25,040 bases of DNA from an uncultured Comamonadaceae bacterium (GTDB lineage: Bacteria > Bacteroidota > Bacteroidia > Flavobacteriales_D > Sanyastnellaceae), in NCBI GenBank assembly GCA_964552305.1, contig CAZKGY010000001.1, forward strand, positions 1-25,040, given 5' to 3'. Under the pieces are notes generated by a model. It made no database searches, was not told the origin of the DNA, and worked only from the letters and a program-made list of their open reading frames with translations. This document shows positions 1-8,090 of the stretch, piece by piece. The position numbers were made by a program, and so were the translations under genes. The stretch's first letter is position 1. Each line of letters opens with the position of its first letter.

Positions 1-2387
1 GGGTGTTGCAGCGTGAAGGCCATGGCGTAGCTTTTTTCGTGGCTTTCCAAGCCCTTGCCTGTGTACACATCGAAAAGCGACACGCCTTTGAGCAACTTTC
101 GTTCGGCGCGCTCTGCGGCAACCTTCAAGGCGTCGTAACTCACCGATTGGTCCACCACCAGTGCAAGGTCCCTACGAACCGCGGGGAAACGTGCCAATTC
201 GGAGGCCTTGACACGACGTTTGCGCACGGCTTTCCAAAGTAGACCCACGTTGAAGTTGGCCCAAAACACAGGGGCATCCACCCCGCATGCCTTGGCCACT
301 TTCGGGTTCACAAGGCCCCACCGTCCCACTTCAGCCCCTCCACGGTTCCGGAGAAGCAGGCCTTCCGAGAGCAACCCATCGTTGTCGGGTTCGGCCAACA
401 CGGGGAGCCCCACGGCGTTGAGCAAGGTTTCCACCGCACGCTTCAAGGCGAAGGCATCGACCTGGCCTTCCTTGCCCTTGGGCTGGTTCCACGCTTCAGG
501 GGCGTCACGCCCCGTCAACCACAGGCTGAGTTCTTCTTCCTCGTGGTACACCGTTTTTCCCTCGTTGACCGACTGCTTGTACGTCCTTCCGAATTCAAAC
601 AAACGCAAATCGGCGTGTTTGTGGTTGGTGTTTTTGGCAATGGCTTCCAACCCTTGGAAAAGCAAGCTTTGTCGCATCACCCCGAGTTCGGAACTGAGCG
701 GGTTGAGCATGGCAATGGCCGCCTCGGGGTCCAACGACCGGTCCGAGGTCAATGCTGCATGGTCCGCCCGCGTCAGGGAATTCGACATGATTTCAGAAAA
801 CCCTTGGTGCACCAACTGCTCCCGCCAACCGAACAGCACGTCTTCGCGGTTGGGCTTCGTCGGCACCTCCAGCGTACCCGTCATGCGGCTTGGCAATGGA
901 ATGTGGTCAAACCCGTGCACGCGGAGGATTTCTTCAGCCACGTCTGCGGGCCTGGTGACGTCGCTGCGGTAGGCCGGGACTTGGAGGTCCCAAGACTCGC
1001 CATGTTTCCCAACGACAGTGATGTCCAAGGCTTCAAGAATGGAATCGATGCGTGCGTCGTCAATCACGTCACCCAAAAAGCCGTGAAGCCAAGGCAAAGA
1101 CAGCGTCACGGCGCAGGGCTTCACATGAGGCTCGTGCCGGACTTCCGACACGCCAACGACATGGGCGCCTGGGCTCCACTCCGCAATCAAATGGGCGCAG
1201 CGTTCGGCCGCGCGTTGCACCATGTCCGGATCCACGCCGCGCTCAAAACGGAAGCTCGCGTCGGTGCTCAGCGTGTGCCTTTTCGCCGTTTTGCGAACGC
1301 TCACGGGGTCGAACCAAGCCGCTTCCAACAGCACCTTGGAGGTCGTGTCGTTGACCCCGCTGGTGGCGCCGCCATACACCCCTGCCAGACAAAGCGGGTT
1401 GTGTCTGTCGGCAATGACCAAATCGTCCTCATGAAGGGTCCGTTCCTCGCCGTCGAGCGTCACAAATGGTTCGTTTGCGCTCGCCCGACGCACGGTCACC
1501 TTTCCTCCTTCGATGCGGTCGAGGTCAAACGCATGCAAGGGGTTGCCGAATTCGTGAAGCACCATGTTGGTGGCATCGACGACGTTGTTGATGGGTTGCA
1601 CGCCAATGGCGCGCAGAAATCGTTGGGCGTGGTCAGGGCTGGGCTGCACACTGACGCCATGAATCTCCACGGCCAGGTAGTGGGGACAAGCATCGGTGGC
1701 CTGAATGTCCAAATCCACTGAGGCCTTTCCTGCATCCGTGATGGGCGCAGTTTCGGGGGCACGCAGTTGGGCCACCTCCATGGGGCCAATCCCTGTGACG
1801 GTGCCATGGAGGCATCCTGCCCTAAGGTCTCGTGCGACTCCCCAGTGACCCATGGCGTCGTTTCGGTTGGGGGTCAGACCAATTTCGATGACGTCGTCGC
1901 CTTCCAGACCCACCACCTCAGCCATGGGGGTTCCAGGCTTGAGCCCATCGTCCAGAACCATGATGCCGTCGTGGCTCGTGCCCAACGACAGCTCGTCTTC
2001 CGCACAAATCATGCCCATGGAAACCTGACCTCGGATTTTCCCTTTCTTGATTTTGAAGGGCTCTCCTTCGAGGGGGTGAATCATGGTGCCGATGGTCGCA
2101 AGGGGTACTTTTTGACCCGCGGCGACGTTGCTTGCACCGCAAACGATGTCGAGAACGCCATGGGCTTCGCCAGCATCGACTTTGCACAAACGCAGGCGGT
2201 CGGCGTCGGGGTGAGGCGTAACCTCCATGACGTGGCCCACCACCACGCCTCGCAACCCTCCAGGGATGTCCTCGACGCGCTCAATGCCCTCGACTTCCAG
2301 TCCCGTGGCAGTCAGCACGCGTCCGGCATCCTCGGTGGAGAGGTCGAACGGAAACATTTGGCGCAATCGGCGGGCGGAAATCTTCAT
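1..2387 (-). CDS. pheT: Phenylalanine-tRNA ligase beta subunit, 3' end runs off the window (absent from the ORF track)
   Basis: Manual translation from ATG 2387: MKISARRLRQ..LTATGLEVEGI..HPDADRLRLC..IVCGASNV..KIRGQVSMGMICAEDEL..IGLTPNRNDAMGHWGVARDL..INNVVDATN..TDASFRFERGVDP..VPAYRSDV..AEEILRVHG..RFPAVRRDLAL..KSYA. About 795 codons with no stop seen; OB-fold, B3/B4, B5 and FDX-ACB motifs. Confidence 0.97.
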   Translation of the reverse strand, partial: MKISARRLRQMFPFDLSTEDAGRVLTATGLEVEGIERVEDIPGGLRGVVVGHVMEVTPHPDADRLRLCKVDAGEAHGVLDIVCGASNVAAGQKVPLATIGTMIHPLEGEPFKIKKGKIRGQVSMGMICAEDELSLGTSHDGIMVLDDGLKPGTPMAEVVGLEGDDVIEIGLTPNRNDAMGHWGVARDLRAGCLHGTVTGIGPMEVAQLRAPETAPITDAGKASVDLDIQATDACPHYLAVEIHGVSVQPSPDHAQRFLRAIGVQPINNVVDATNMVLHEFGNPLHAFDLDRIEGGKVTVRRASANEPFVTLDGEERTLHEDDLVIADRHNPLCLAGVYGGATSGVNDTTSKVLLEAAWFDPVSVRKTAKRHTLSTDASFRFERGVDPDMVQRAAERCAHLIAEWSPGAHVVGVSEVRHEPHVKPCAVTLSLPWLHGFLGDVIDDARIDSILEALDITVVGKHGESWDLQVPAYRSDVTRPADVAEEILRVHGFDHIPLPSRMTGTLEVPTKPNREDVLFGWREQLVHQGFSEIMSNSLTRADHAALTSDRSLDPEAAIAMLNPLSSELGVMRQSLLFQGLEAIAKNTNHKHADLRLFEFGRTYKQSVNEGKTVYHEEEELSLWLTGRDAPEAWNQPKGKEGQVDAFALKRAVETLLNAVGLPVLAEPDNDGLLSEGLLLRNRGGAEVGRWGLVNPKVAKACGVDAPVFWANFNVGLLWKAVRKRRVKASELARFPAVRRDLALVVDQSVSYDALKVAAERAERKLLKGVSLFDVYTGKGLESHEKSYAMAFTLQH

Positions 2388-2425
2388 GGGTTCTGGTCTG
2401 CGAAAGGGTCCTTGAGCAACGCATA

Positions 2426-2433
2426 CAAATCTA
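2426..2433 (-). promoter_or_regulatory. Bacteroidota -7 promoter box (TAGATTTG) for pheT
   Basis: Exact TAnnTTTG match on the minus strand, 38 nt upstream of the pheT ATG. Confidence 0.65.
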
Positions 2434-2469
2434 CTCGGTTTGCCTTTTTTCTCATGGGGAAAATGTCGT

Positions 2470-2477
2470 TACATTTG
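2470..2477 (+). promoter_or_regulatory. Bacteroidota -7 promoter box (TACATTTG) for tRNA-Pro
   Basis: Exact TAnnTTTG match followed by CA, 11 nt before the tRNA 5' end. Confidence 0.7.
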
Positions 2478-2488
2478 CACCCCTCTAT

Positions 2489-2561
2489 CGGGATGTAGCT
2501 CAGTTGGTAGAGTACGCGTCTGGGGGACGTGTGGTCGCTGGTTCAAGTCCAGTCATCCCGA
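2489..2561 (+). tRNA. tRNA-Pro(GGG), CCA not encoded
   Basis: Cloverleaf: acceptor CGGGATG/CATCCCG, D arm GCTC/GAGT, anticodon stem CGCGT/ACGTG with loop CT-GGG-GG (anticodon 2522-2524), T arm GCTGG-TTCAAGT-CCAGT. C1-G72 and A73 are typical of tRNA-Pro. Confidence 0.97.
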
Positions 2562-2565
2562 CAAC

Positions 2566-2594
2566 AAAGCCATGGCAAGTCCATGGCTTTTTTT
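2566..2594 (+). terminator. Rho-independent terminator after tRNA-Pro
   Basis: Perfect inverted repeat AAAGCCATGG-caagt-CCATGGCTTT followed by further Ts (7 T in total). Confidence 0.85.
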
Positions 2595-2633
2595 GTGTCT
2601 TCTCGTCCAGAATGGCCGAACTTTGCCATCCCC

Positions 2634-2984
2634 ATGGATTACGCATTTGAACGCGATTGGCAGCGCCTGTTAGCCTTGATGGAAGAGCGGTTTGGCGAGC
2701 AACCAGACCTCACCACCATGGTGTTTTCCGTGGGGCTGCAAGAAGTGGGGCAAGGCGCCCGTCGGTACAAGAAAGACGAAAAGGTCGATTTGATGCACGT
2801 GGGCGTGTGCACGCTCCTGGAGCCACTGGGACATTACAACCGCGAGGGAGAGGACGAAGAGGGTTGGCCCCATTTTGTCGTGGCGGAGCCCATCCCTGCG
2901 CTCACGCATCAGGAGCAAGAATTGATGATGAAGCGGGCGCTCGTGGAGTACTTCGCCGCGTGGATTCAGTCAGAAGACGCGTGA
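2634..2984 (+). CDS. Hypothetical protein (116 aa), resembles a conserved Bacteroidota family of unknown function
   Basis: The ORF-track start at 2529 overlaps the tRNA and terminator, so ATG 2634 (MDYAFERDWQRLL..) is preferred. Motifs EKVDLMHVGVCTLLEPLGHY..DEEGWPHF look like a Bacteroidota hypothetical family (recognised from memory). Confidence 0.75.
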   Translation: MDYAFERDWQRLLALMEERFGEQPDLTTMVFSVGLQEVGQGARRYKKDEKVDLMHVGVCTLLEPLGHYNREGEDEEGWPHFVVAEPIPALTHQEQELMMKRALVEYFAAWIQSEDA

Positions 2985-2988
2985 GGGC

Positions 2989-3420
2989 TCAGAGTTCGAA
3001 GCACTCTTGCCCCGGCATGGTTTCCACCACCACGGTGGTCTCGTTGGTCTGCATCTCGTTGACCTTGATGAGTCCTTCTCCATAGAGGTTGCCGCGGCAT
3101 GCGATGACGTCCAACACGACTAGTCCTGCTTGCCCTGCCACGTAGTATTCGGAGAAGTTGAACGTGGCGAACCCTTCGTCGGTGGTCTTCTCCATCAACG
3201 TGCTGGGATTGGGTCCAGCGAACAAGATGGAGCCGGTGCTCGAACCGGCTTGTGGGTTGAAGTACAGCTGCACCGTGATGTCGTCTTCAGGCACTTCTTC
3301 TCCGTTGTCGTCGATGGAAACGACGCGGATGTTCGCGGTCGTCTCTTCCAATTCGTAGCATCCAGACAAAAAGCCCACGGCGAGGGCGAGGACGAGAGGT
3401 GTGAAAAAGCGTGTCATCAT
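2989..3420 (-). CDS. Hypothetical lipoprotein, beta-rich
   Basis: Signal peptide II with lipobox FLSG-C21, followed by acidic YELEE. Alternating beta-strand pattern; fills the gap between neighbours. Confidence 0.8.
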   Translation of the reverse strand: MMTRFFTPLVLALAVGFLSGCYELEETTANIRVVSIDDNGEEVPEDDITVQLYFNPQAGSSTGSILFAGPNPSTLMEKTTDEGFATFNFSEYYVAGQAGLVVLDVIACRGNLYGEGLIKVNEMQTNETTVVVETMPGQECFEL

Positions 3421-3446
3421 CGTTGGTTGTCTTTGCCAAAGCGGTC

Positions 3447-3454
3447 TAACTTTG
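3447..3454 (+). promoter_or_regulatory. Bacteroidota -7 promoter box (TAACTTTG) for cyclophilin-pheS
   Basis: Exact TAnnTTTG match 18 nt upstream of ATG 3473. Confidence 0.65.
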
Positions 3455-3472
3455 GCATCCCTAAGGACAAAG

Positions 3473-4258
3473 ATGATGAATTTCTCTCAAATCACGGCCA
3501 AGTTCTCGGCGATGCTCACGGGTGTTGTTGCGCTTGCTGGAACGATGGCGTTGCTCTCTTCGTCGGGTTGCGAGCAAGCAACCGCACCCACCCAAGCCAC
3601 AGCGTTGGCACAACCCGCTCGTGTCCAAATTGACACCCGATTTGGCAGCATGGTGGTGGAATTGAACGACTCGACCCCCAAGCACAGGGACAACTTTTTG
3701 AAGCTCGTGGAGGACCAGTTTTACGACAGCCTCATCTTCCACCGCGTGATTCGTGAGTTCATGGTCCAAGGCGGTGACCCCGACAGCAAAGGTGCAGCCG
3801 CCAACGCCCGATTGGGTGGAGGCGGTCCCGGGTACAAAGTGGATGCAGAGATCCGTCCGGACCTTCTTCACTTCAAGGGCGCGCTGGCCGCGGCACGTCA
3901 AGGCGACAACATGAATCCTGAGCGCAAAAGCTCCGGCAGCCAGTTCTACCTCGTTCAAGGAAGGCCGTTCAGCGACAACGAGCTGGCTGGCATCGAAGGA
4001 CGCATTGCCAACTTCGCCATGGAATACGGCAACGGCTTGGCCAACGTGGAAAACGGACAGTTTGTCTACTCAGACGAGGCGCACGAGACGTACAAGACCC
4101 TTGGTGGCACCCCATTCTTGGACATGCAGTACACCGTGTTTGGATACGTGGTGGAAGGACTGGACATCGTGGATAGCATTGCGGCAGTGCCCACCGACCG
4201 TCGCCGCGGCGACCGTCCCCTGGAGGACGTGGTGATGTCCATGAAGCGCATCCAGTGA
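3473..4258 (+). CDS. Cyclophilin-type peptidyl-prolyl cis-trans isomerase, probable lipoprotein
   Basis: FHRVIREFMVQGGDP, GALAAAR, SSGSQFYLVQG, PFLDMQYTVFGYV. Hydrophobic N-terminus ending SSG-C. Start moved from 3401 (overlaps the divergent gene and promoter) to ATG 3473/3476. Confidence 0.93.
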   Translation: MMNFSQITAKFSAMLTGVVALAGTMALLSSSGCEQATAPTQATALAQPARVQIDTRFGSMVVELNDSTPKHRDNFLKLVEDQFYDSLIFHRVIREFMVQGGDPDSKGAAANARLGGGGPGYKVDAEIRPDLLHFKGALAAARQGDNMNPERKSSGSQFYLVQGRPFSDNELAGIEGRIANFAMEYGNGLANVENGQFVYSDEAHETYKTLGGTPFLDMQYTVFGYVVEGLDIVDSIAAVPTDRRRGDRPLEDVVMSMKRIQ

Positions 4259-4268
4259 TTCGACACCG

Positions 4269-5285
4269 ATGAAGGCGCTTCTTGAACAATTGACCGCCGA
4301 GGTGAATGCGGTGACGTTTGCCTCCGCCGAGGAGGTGGAGCAGTTCCGCGTGGCCTATTTGGGACGGAAAGGCAAGCTCAAAGACCTGATGGCCGAGTTC
4401 AAGACGGTTCCAGGCGCAGACAAGCGCGAACTGGGCCCCATGCTGAACGCGTTCAAGCAGCTCGTCGAGGCCAAGGTGAAGCAAGCCCAGACCGCCACGG
4501 ACGAGGCCCATGTCGCCTCAGGCGAGGATTTGACCAAGCCTTCGGGAGGCGTGCCAACTGGGACCCATCACCCGTTGCAAGTGGTGCGTCGCGAAATCGT
4601 TGGCATCTTTGAAAACATGGGGTTTGCCGTGGCTGAAGGTCCTGAAATTGAGGACGACTGGCACGTCTTCGGAGGGTTGAATTTCCCCCCAGAGCACCCC
4701 GCGAGGGACATGCAAGACACGTTTTTCGTGGAGCGTGACCCTGACGTGCTGCTCCGCACGCACACCAGCTCGGTCCAAGTCCGTGAGATGGAACGCAGGG
4801 AACCCCCCATGCGCCTCATCATGCCAGGTCGGGTATTCAGGAACGAGGCGATCTCTGCCCGTGCGCATTGCATGTTCCACCAAATTGAAGGCCTGTACAT
4901 TGACAAAGGCGTGTCCTTTGCCGACCTCAAGCAGACGTTGTTGCACTTCGCACGCTGTTTTTTTGGCCCGGACACGGACATCCGTCTCCGTCCTTCGTAC
5001 TTCCCCTTCACAGAGCCCAGCGCAGAAGTCGACGTCTACTGGGGACTGGAAACGGAGGTCGACAAGCGCATCACCAAAGGCACGGGGTGGTTGGAAATCC
5101 TGGGCTGTGGCATGGTTGACCCCAACGTATTGAAAGCCAGTGGCATTGATCCGGAAGTGTACAGCGGCTTCGCCTTTGGCATGGGCATCGAACGCATCAC
5201 CATGTTGCGTTACCAAATTGGCGACCTGCGCCACTTTTTTGAAGGCGACAAGCGCTTCCTCGATCAGTTCGCAGGCGAACGCTGA
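4269..5285 (+). CDS. pheS: Phenylalanine-tRNA ligase alpha subunit
   Basis: HPARDMQDTFF, LLRTHTSSVQVR, GRVFRNE, FHQIEGL, RPSYFPFTEPSAEVD, WLEILGCGMV, GFAFGMGIERITML. Confidence 0.99.
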   Translation: MKALLEQLTAEVNAVTFASAEEVEQFRVAYLGRKGKLKDLMAEFKTVPGADKRELGPMLNAFKQLVEAKVKQAQTATDEAHVASGEDLTKPSGGVPTGTHHPLQVVRREIVGIFENMGFAVAEGPEIEDDWHVFGGLNFPPEHPARDMQDTFFVERDPDVLLRTHTSSVQVREMERREPPMRLIMPGRVFRNEAISARAHCMFHQIEGLYIDKGVSFADLKQTLLHFARCFFGPDTDIRLRPSYFPFTEPSAEVDVYWGLETEVDKRITKGTGWLEILGCGMVDPNVLKASGIDPEVYSGFAFGMGIERITMLRYQIGDLRHFFEGDKRFLDQFAGER

Positions 5286-7000
5286 ATGGCGTCCGAGCCA
5301 CCCAAGTGAGGGAGGCGGAAGGTCAACGACACGTCGCCCGATGGCTTTTTGGCCACGGTGAATTTCCCGGCCAACTTCTCAATTTGAATCAGCACAGGGT
5401 TCCAAGAACGGCTGTGTGATTCGCCGGCAAACATGCGTTGCAATTCCTGCGTGGCCTGGTTGGATGGGCCTTCGATTTTGACGTTGATGCCGTGCCAATC
5501 GTTTTGGATGTGGCCCGTGTAATGTTGCCCTTGCTTGCCTTCGAGCAGGCGCTTCAGGGTGACGGACAGCAGGGACAACAATCCATCTGGGGCTTCCTGG
5601 CCGTCGGGCTCGCCATGGAGCTCCCACTCCACAGAAGTTCCGTGGTCCATTTCCAACGATGCAATGATGTCGTCAAAATCGAGCCGGTTGGGCCTCGTCA
5701 AGATCGCCTCGACTGCACCCTCCTCGGAAATGCCAATGTTGGCCAGTGGATCGACGGTGGTGGGGTCGGGGACCATGCGCTGCAGCCGAAGCGTACGCAG
5801 ACGCTCTTTGCGAAGCGATTGCTTCAATTCCCTGCCGCGCAGGGCGCTTGCCATCAACCCCAAGGCAGCCAGGGCAAAGGCGAATGGCCAGGCGCCTCCC
5901 CCTTGACGCTGAGACAACGCATCGGACGCGGCGAGTTCGAAGGGATCTTCCTCGAACATGGGCTGTGGCTGAAAGGACCTGGCTTCGCGGACCGTGCCTT
6001 GGGCAAGATGCAGCAAGGCGACGGTTATGCTGTCGGCCCGTCGCAAGTGTTCGTACGCGGCTTGGTGCGCGCCACGCTGTTGTTCGAATTGTGCTTGGTT
6101 TCGAGCAATCCTCGCTTGGAGGGCGTCGTCATCGAGTTTGGCCGCGGTGCGCTCGGCTTCGTGGAAGGCAAGAAGTGCCTCCAGAGGCCGTCCCGCTCGT
6201 TCTGCAGACACCGCGATTCGGAGTTGCGCCATGGTCCATCCTTCTGGGTCCGCCACAGGGTCGCAGATGCTCGTCACGGCTTGCGCCAGCACCAGGGCCT
6301 CTTTGTCACGCCTCGATGCCCCCAGCATGGTGTGCAGGTGGGTCATTTCGTTGAGGACTTCGGACTGGTTGGAAGGCCTCGCGGCACGCAAGTAGGCCCG
6401 GTAAGGCAGGGAGTCGAGGGGAGTGCCCATCATGACGCCGGCTTGCAAGGCCAGTCCCTGGGCGCGTGGCGCATCAAGGGAATTGGACAAGGCCAACACC
6501 TGCGCCCAGTCGCCCTCCATGAAATGCAATTCGGTGAGCGCAAGTTGCACCTCTGCCTTCGCTTTGACAGCAGGGCCCAAGGCCAGTTCTTTGGTGAGCA
6601 ATTCGAGCGCGTCTTGGGTTTGTCCTGCGAACGCCATGAGGGATGCCACTTCGAGGCCAAGAGCCGTTCGGGCGGATGCAGGGCATGTGCCAAAGGCATT
6701 GGCTGCCTGGGTCAAGTGGCTTTTGGCTTCGGTGACGTTGCCTGCGTGCCACTGAATGGAAGCCACGCCCGCGTGGGCGTGTGCCTCTTGGCAGCCGTTG
6801 ATGGGGGTCGCGAGCAATTGTCGGTACATGGCCAAGGCTTGGACCACCTGCCCTCCGGCACGCAAACTGTCCGCTTGGTGAACCAACCCATGTCGTTCCC
6901 ATGGCTGGGCACCTAGGCTGGTGTTCGGCAACAAACACGCCCACGCAAGGCCGCTGAAAAGCAGCCATGTCAGGGTGCGCGAAGGATGCATGCGAGGCAT
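5264..7000 (-). CDS. Exported TPR-like membrane protein with a degenerate histidine-kinase-like cytoplasmic domain
   Basis: 578-aa ORF: signal peptide (..SLGA/Q), Ala/Leu-rich helical repeats, one TM (AWPFAFALAALGLMASAL), then a C-terminal alpha/beta domain ending QIEKLAGKFTVAKKPSGDVSLTFRLP. A -7-like box lies directly upstream. Overlaps the pheS 3' end by 22 bp (convergent). Confidence 0.8.
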   Translation of the reverse strand: MPRMHPSRTLTWLLFSGLAWACLLPNTSLGAQPWERHGLVHQADSLRAGGQVVQALAMYRQLLATPINGCQEAHAHAGVASIQWHAGNVTEAKSHLTQAANAFGTCPASARTALGLEVASLMAFAGQTQDALELLTKELALGPAVKAKAEVQLALTELHFMEGDWAQVLALSNSLDAPRAQGLALQAGVMMGTPLDSLPYRAYLRAARPSNQSEVLNEMTHLHTMLGASRRDKEALVLAQAVTSICDPVADPEGWTMAQLRIAVSAERAGRPLEALLAFHEAERTAAKLDDDALQARIARNQAQFEQQRGAHQAAYEHLRRADSITVALLHLAQGTVREARSFQPQPMFEEDPFELAASDALSQRQGGGAWPFAFALAALGLMASALRGRELKQSLRKERLRTLRLQRMVPDPTTVDPLANIGISEEGAVEAILTRPNRLDFDDIIASLEMDHGTSVEWELHGEPDGQEAPDGLLSLLSVTLKRLLEGKQGQHYTGHIQNDWHGINVKIEGPSNQATQELQRMFAGESHSRSWNPVLIQIEKLAGKFTVAKKPSGDVSLTFRLPHLGGSDAIQRSPAN

Positions 7001-7004
7001 CTCC

Positions 7005-7012
7005 CGAAGGTA
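7005..7012 (-). promoter_or_regulatory. -7-like box TACCTTCG, 4 nt before ATG 7000
   Basis: One mismatch to TAnnTTTG; the same TTCG variant recurs before ltd, ssb and ppiD. Confidence 0.55.
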
Positions 7013-7076
7013 CTTGTGGGAAGGAAGGACGGCCCAGGCAGGAAGGGTTGGTTCTTGACAGCCCTTCGTGGATGAT

Positions 7077-8090
7077 TCAAGGTTCGTAAACCACCGAAAG
7101 CACGGTTGACCCCACTTCGTTCAGGGTGTTCCGGTCGATGATGCTCATGTTGTCGGCATGGGTGTGGTGGAAGGGGCCGTAACCCATGGGGCGAACCTTG
7201 ATTCTGTAGTCGACGATGTTGGCGCTGGGGATGCCTGCCATGTCGGAGACGAACAGGTTGTCGTCGATGGTTTGGGGGGTTGCTTCGCTCGAAAACCGAT
7301 CCCCAAATCCGAGCAGTTCTGCCCGGCGCCAGACCTTGCGCACCACGTTGGGTGCGTAACGAAGGCTGGTTCCCTCCTGGTGAAAGCGGGCATCCGCCGC
7401 ACCCACCATGTCGAGCAACAGACCAAAGCGTGCACGATAACGCGGGACATGGGGGTTTTGAGCCCAAAATTGGCTTCCCAAGCACCAGTCTCGGAAGCTG
7501 CCTTCTGTGGTTTCAATCCACGCAGGACGGCCATAATCTTCGGCATCGAAGAACACGATGTCCACCCCGACGTCTGCGGATTTCAGCCCCAATTGACGCG
7601 CCACCTCGAGCAGCACGCCAACCCCAGAAGCTCCGTCGTTCGCGCCATCGATGGGTTCGCGGATGCGTGTGCTGTCTTTGTCTGCGAAGGGTCGGGTGTC
7701 CCAGTGCGCGTAGAGCATGATGCGGTCACGCGATTCCGGATGGAAGGACCCAATGACATTTTGCATGTGCAAAATGGTGCCGTCGTAGGCCCTGGCCCGT
7801 CCCTCTTGAACGAGGACTTGGGCGCCATGCCGTTCCAATTCTCGGGCCAACCATTCGCCGCATGCGTCGTGCTCAGGGGTGTTGGGAACGCGTGGGCCAA
7901 ATGCGACTTGCCGTTCGACGTAGGCGTATGCCGAGTCTTCGTCGAACGCCGGGACTTCGTACGTGCGGGCGGACGTCGCGGGCGCGGACGTCGCCGGCGC
8001 ATTCCCTGATTCCGAAGGGTTGCACGCCTGCATCAAGAACACCAAAACGGCCAGCGAAACGCCTTTACCCACGAGTCCAGGAGCTCCCAT
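7077..8090 (-). CDS. M28 family Zn enzyme, glutaminyl-peptide cyclotransferase-like lipoprotein
   Basis: Lipobox LMQA-C; AHWDTRP, GANDGASGVGVLLE, FFDAEDYG, LLDMVG, IDDN, HHTHADN. Alternative start GTG 8072 gives an 8-bp overlap with cysS. Confidence 0.88.
   Translation of the reverse strand: MGAPGLVGKGVSLAVLVFLMQACNPSESGNAPATSAPATSARTYEVPAFDEDSAYAYVERQVAFGPRVPNTPEHDACGEWLARELERHGAQVLVQEGRARAYDGTILHMQNVIGSFHPESRDRIMLYAHWDTRPFADKDSTRIREPIDGANDGASGVGVLLEVARQLGLKSADVGVDIVFFDAEDYGRPAWIETTEGSFRDWCLGSQFWAQNPHVPRYRARFGLLLDMVGAADARFHQEGTSLRYAPNVVRKVWRRAELLGFGDRFSSEATPQTIDDNLFVSDMAGIPSANIVDYRIKVRPMGYGPFHHTHADNMSIIDRNTLNEVGSTVLSVVYEP

Noticed and set aside
2489-3420. tRNA-Pro as an integration site with a mini-island
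   Set aside because: No integrase, no repeat of the tRNA 3' end seen, an intact terminator and no obvious composition shift.
5264-5285. 22-bp convergent overlap of pheS and the TPR gene with no terminator
   Set aside because: Short tail-to-tail overlaps are common in compact genomes; no further signal.
7969-7998. 15-bp tandem repeat (two copies, one mismatch) encoding APATS-APATS
   Set aside because: Ordinary low-complexity linker after a lipoprotein Cys; in frame, not a phase-variation tract.
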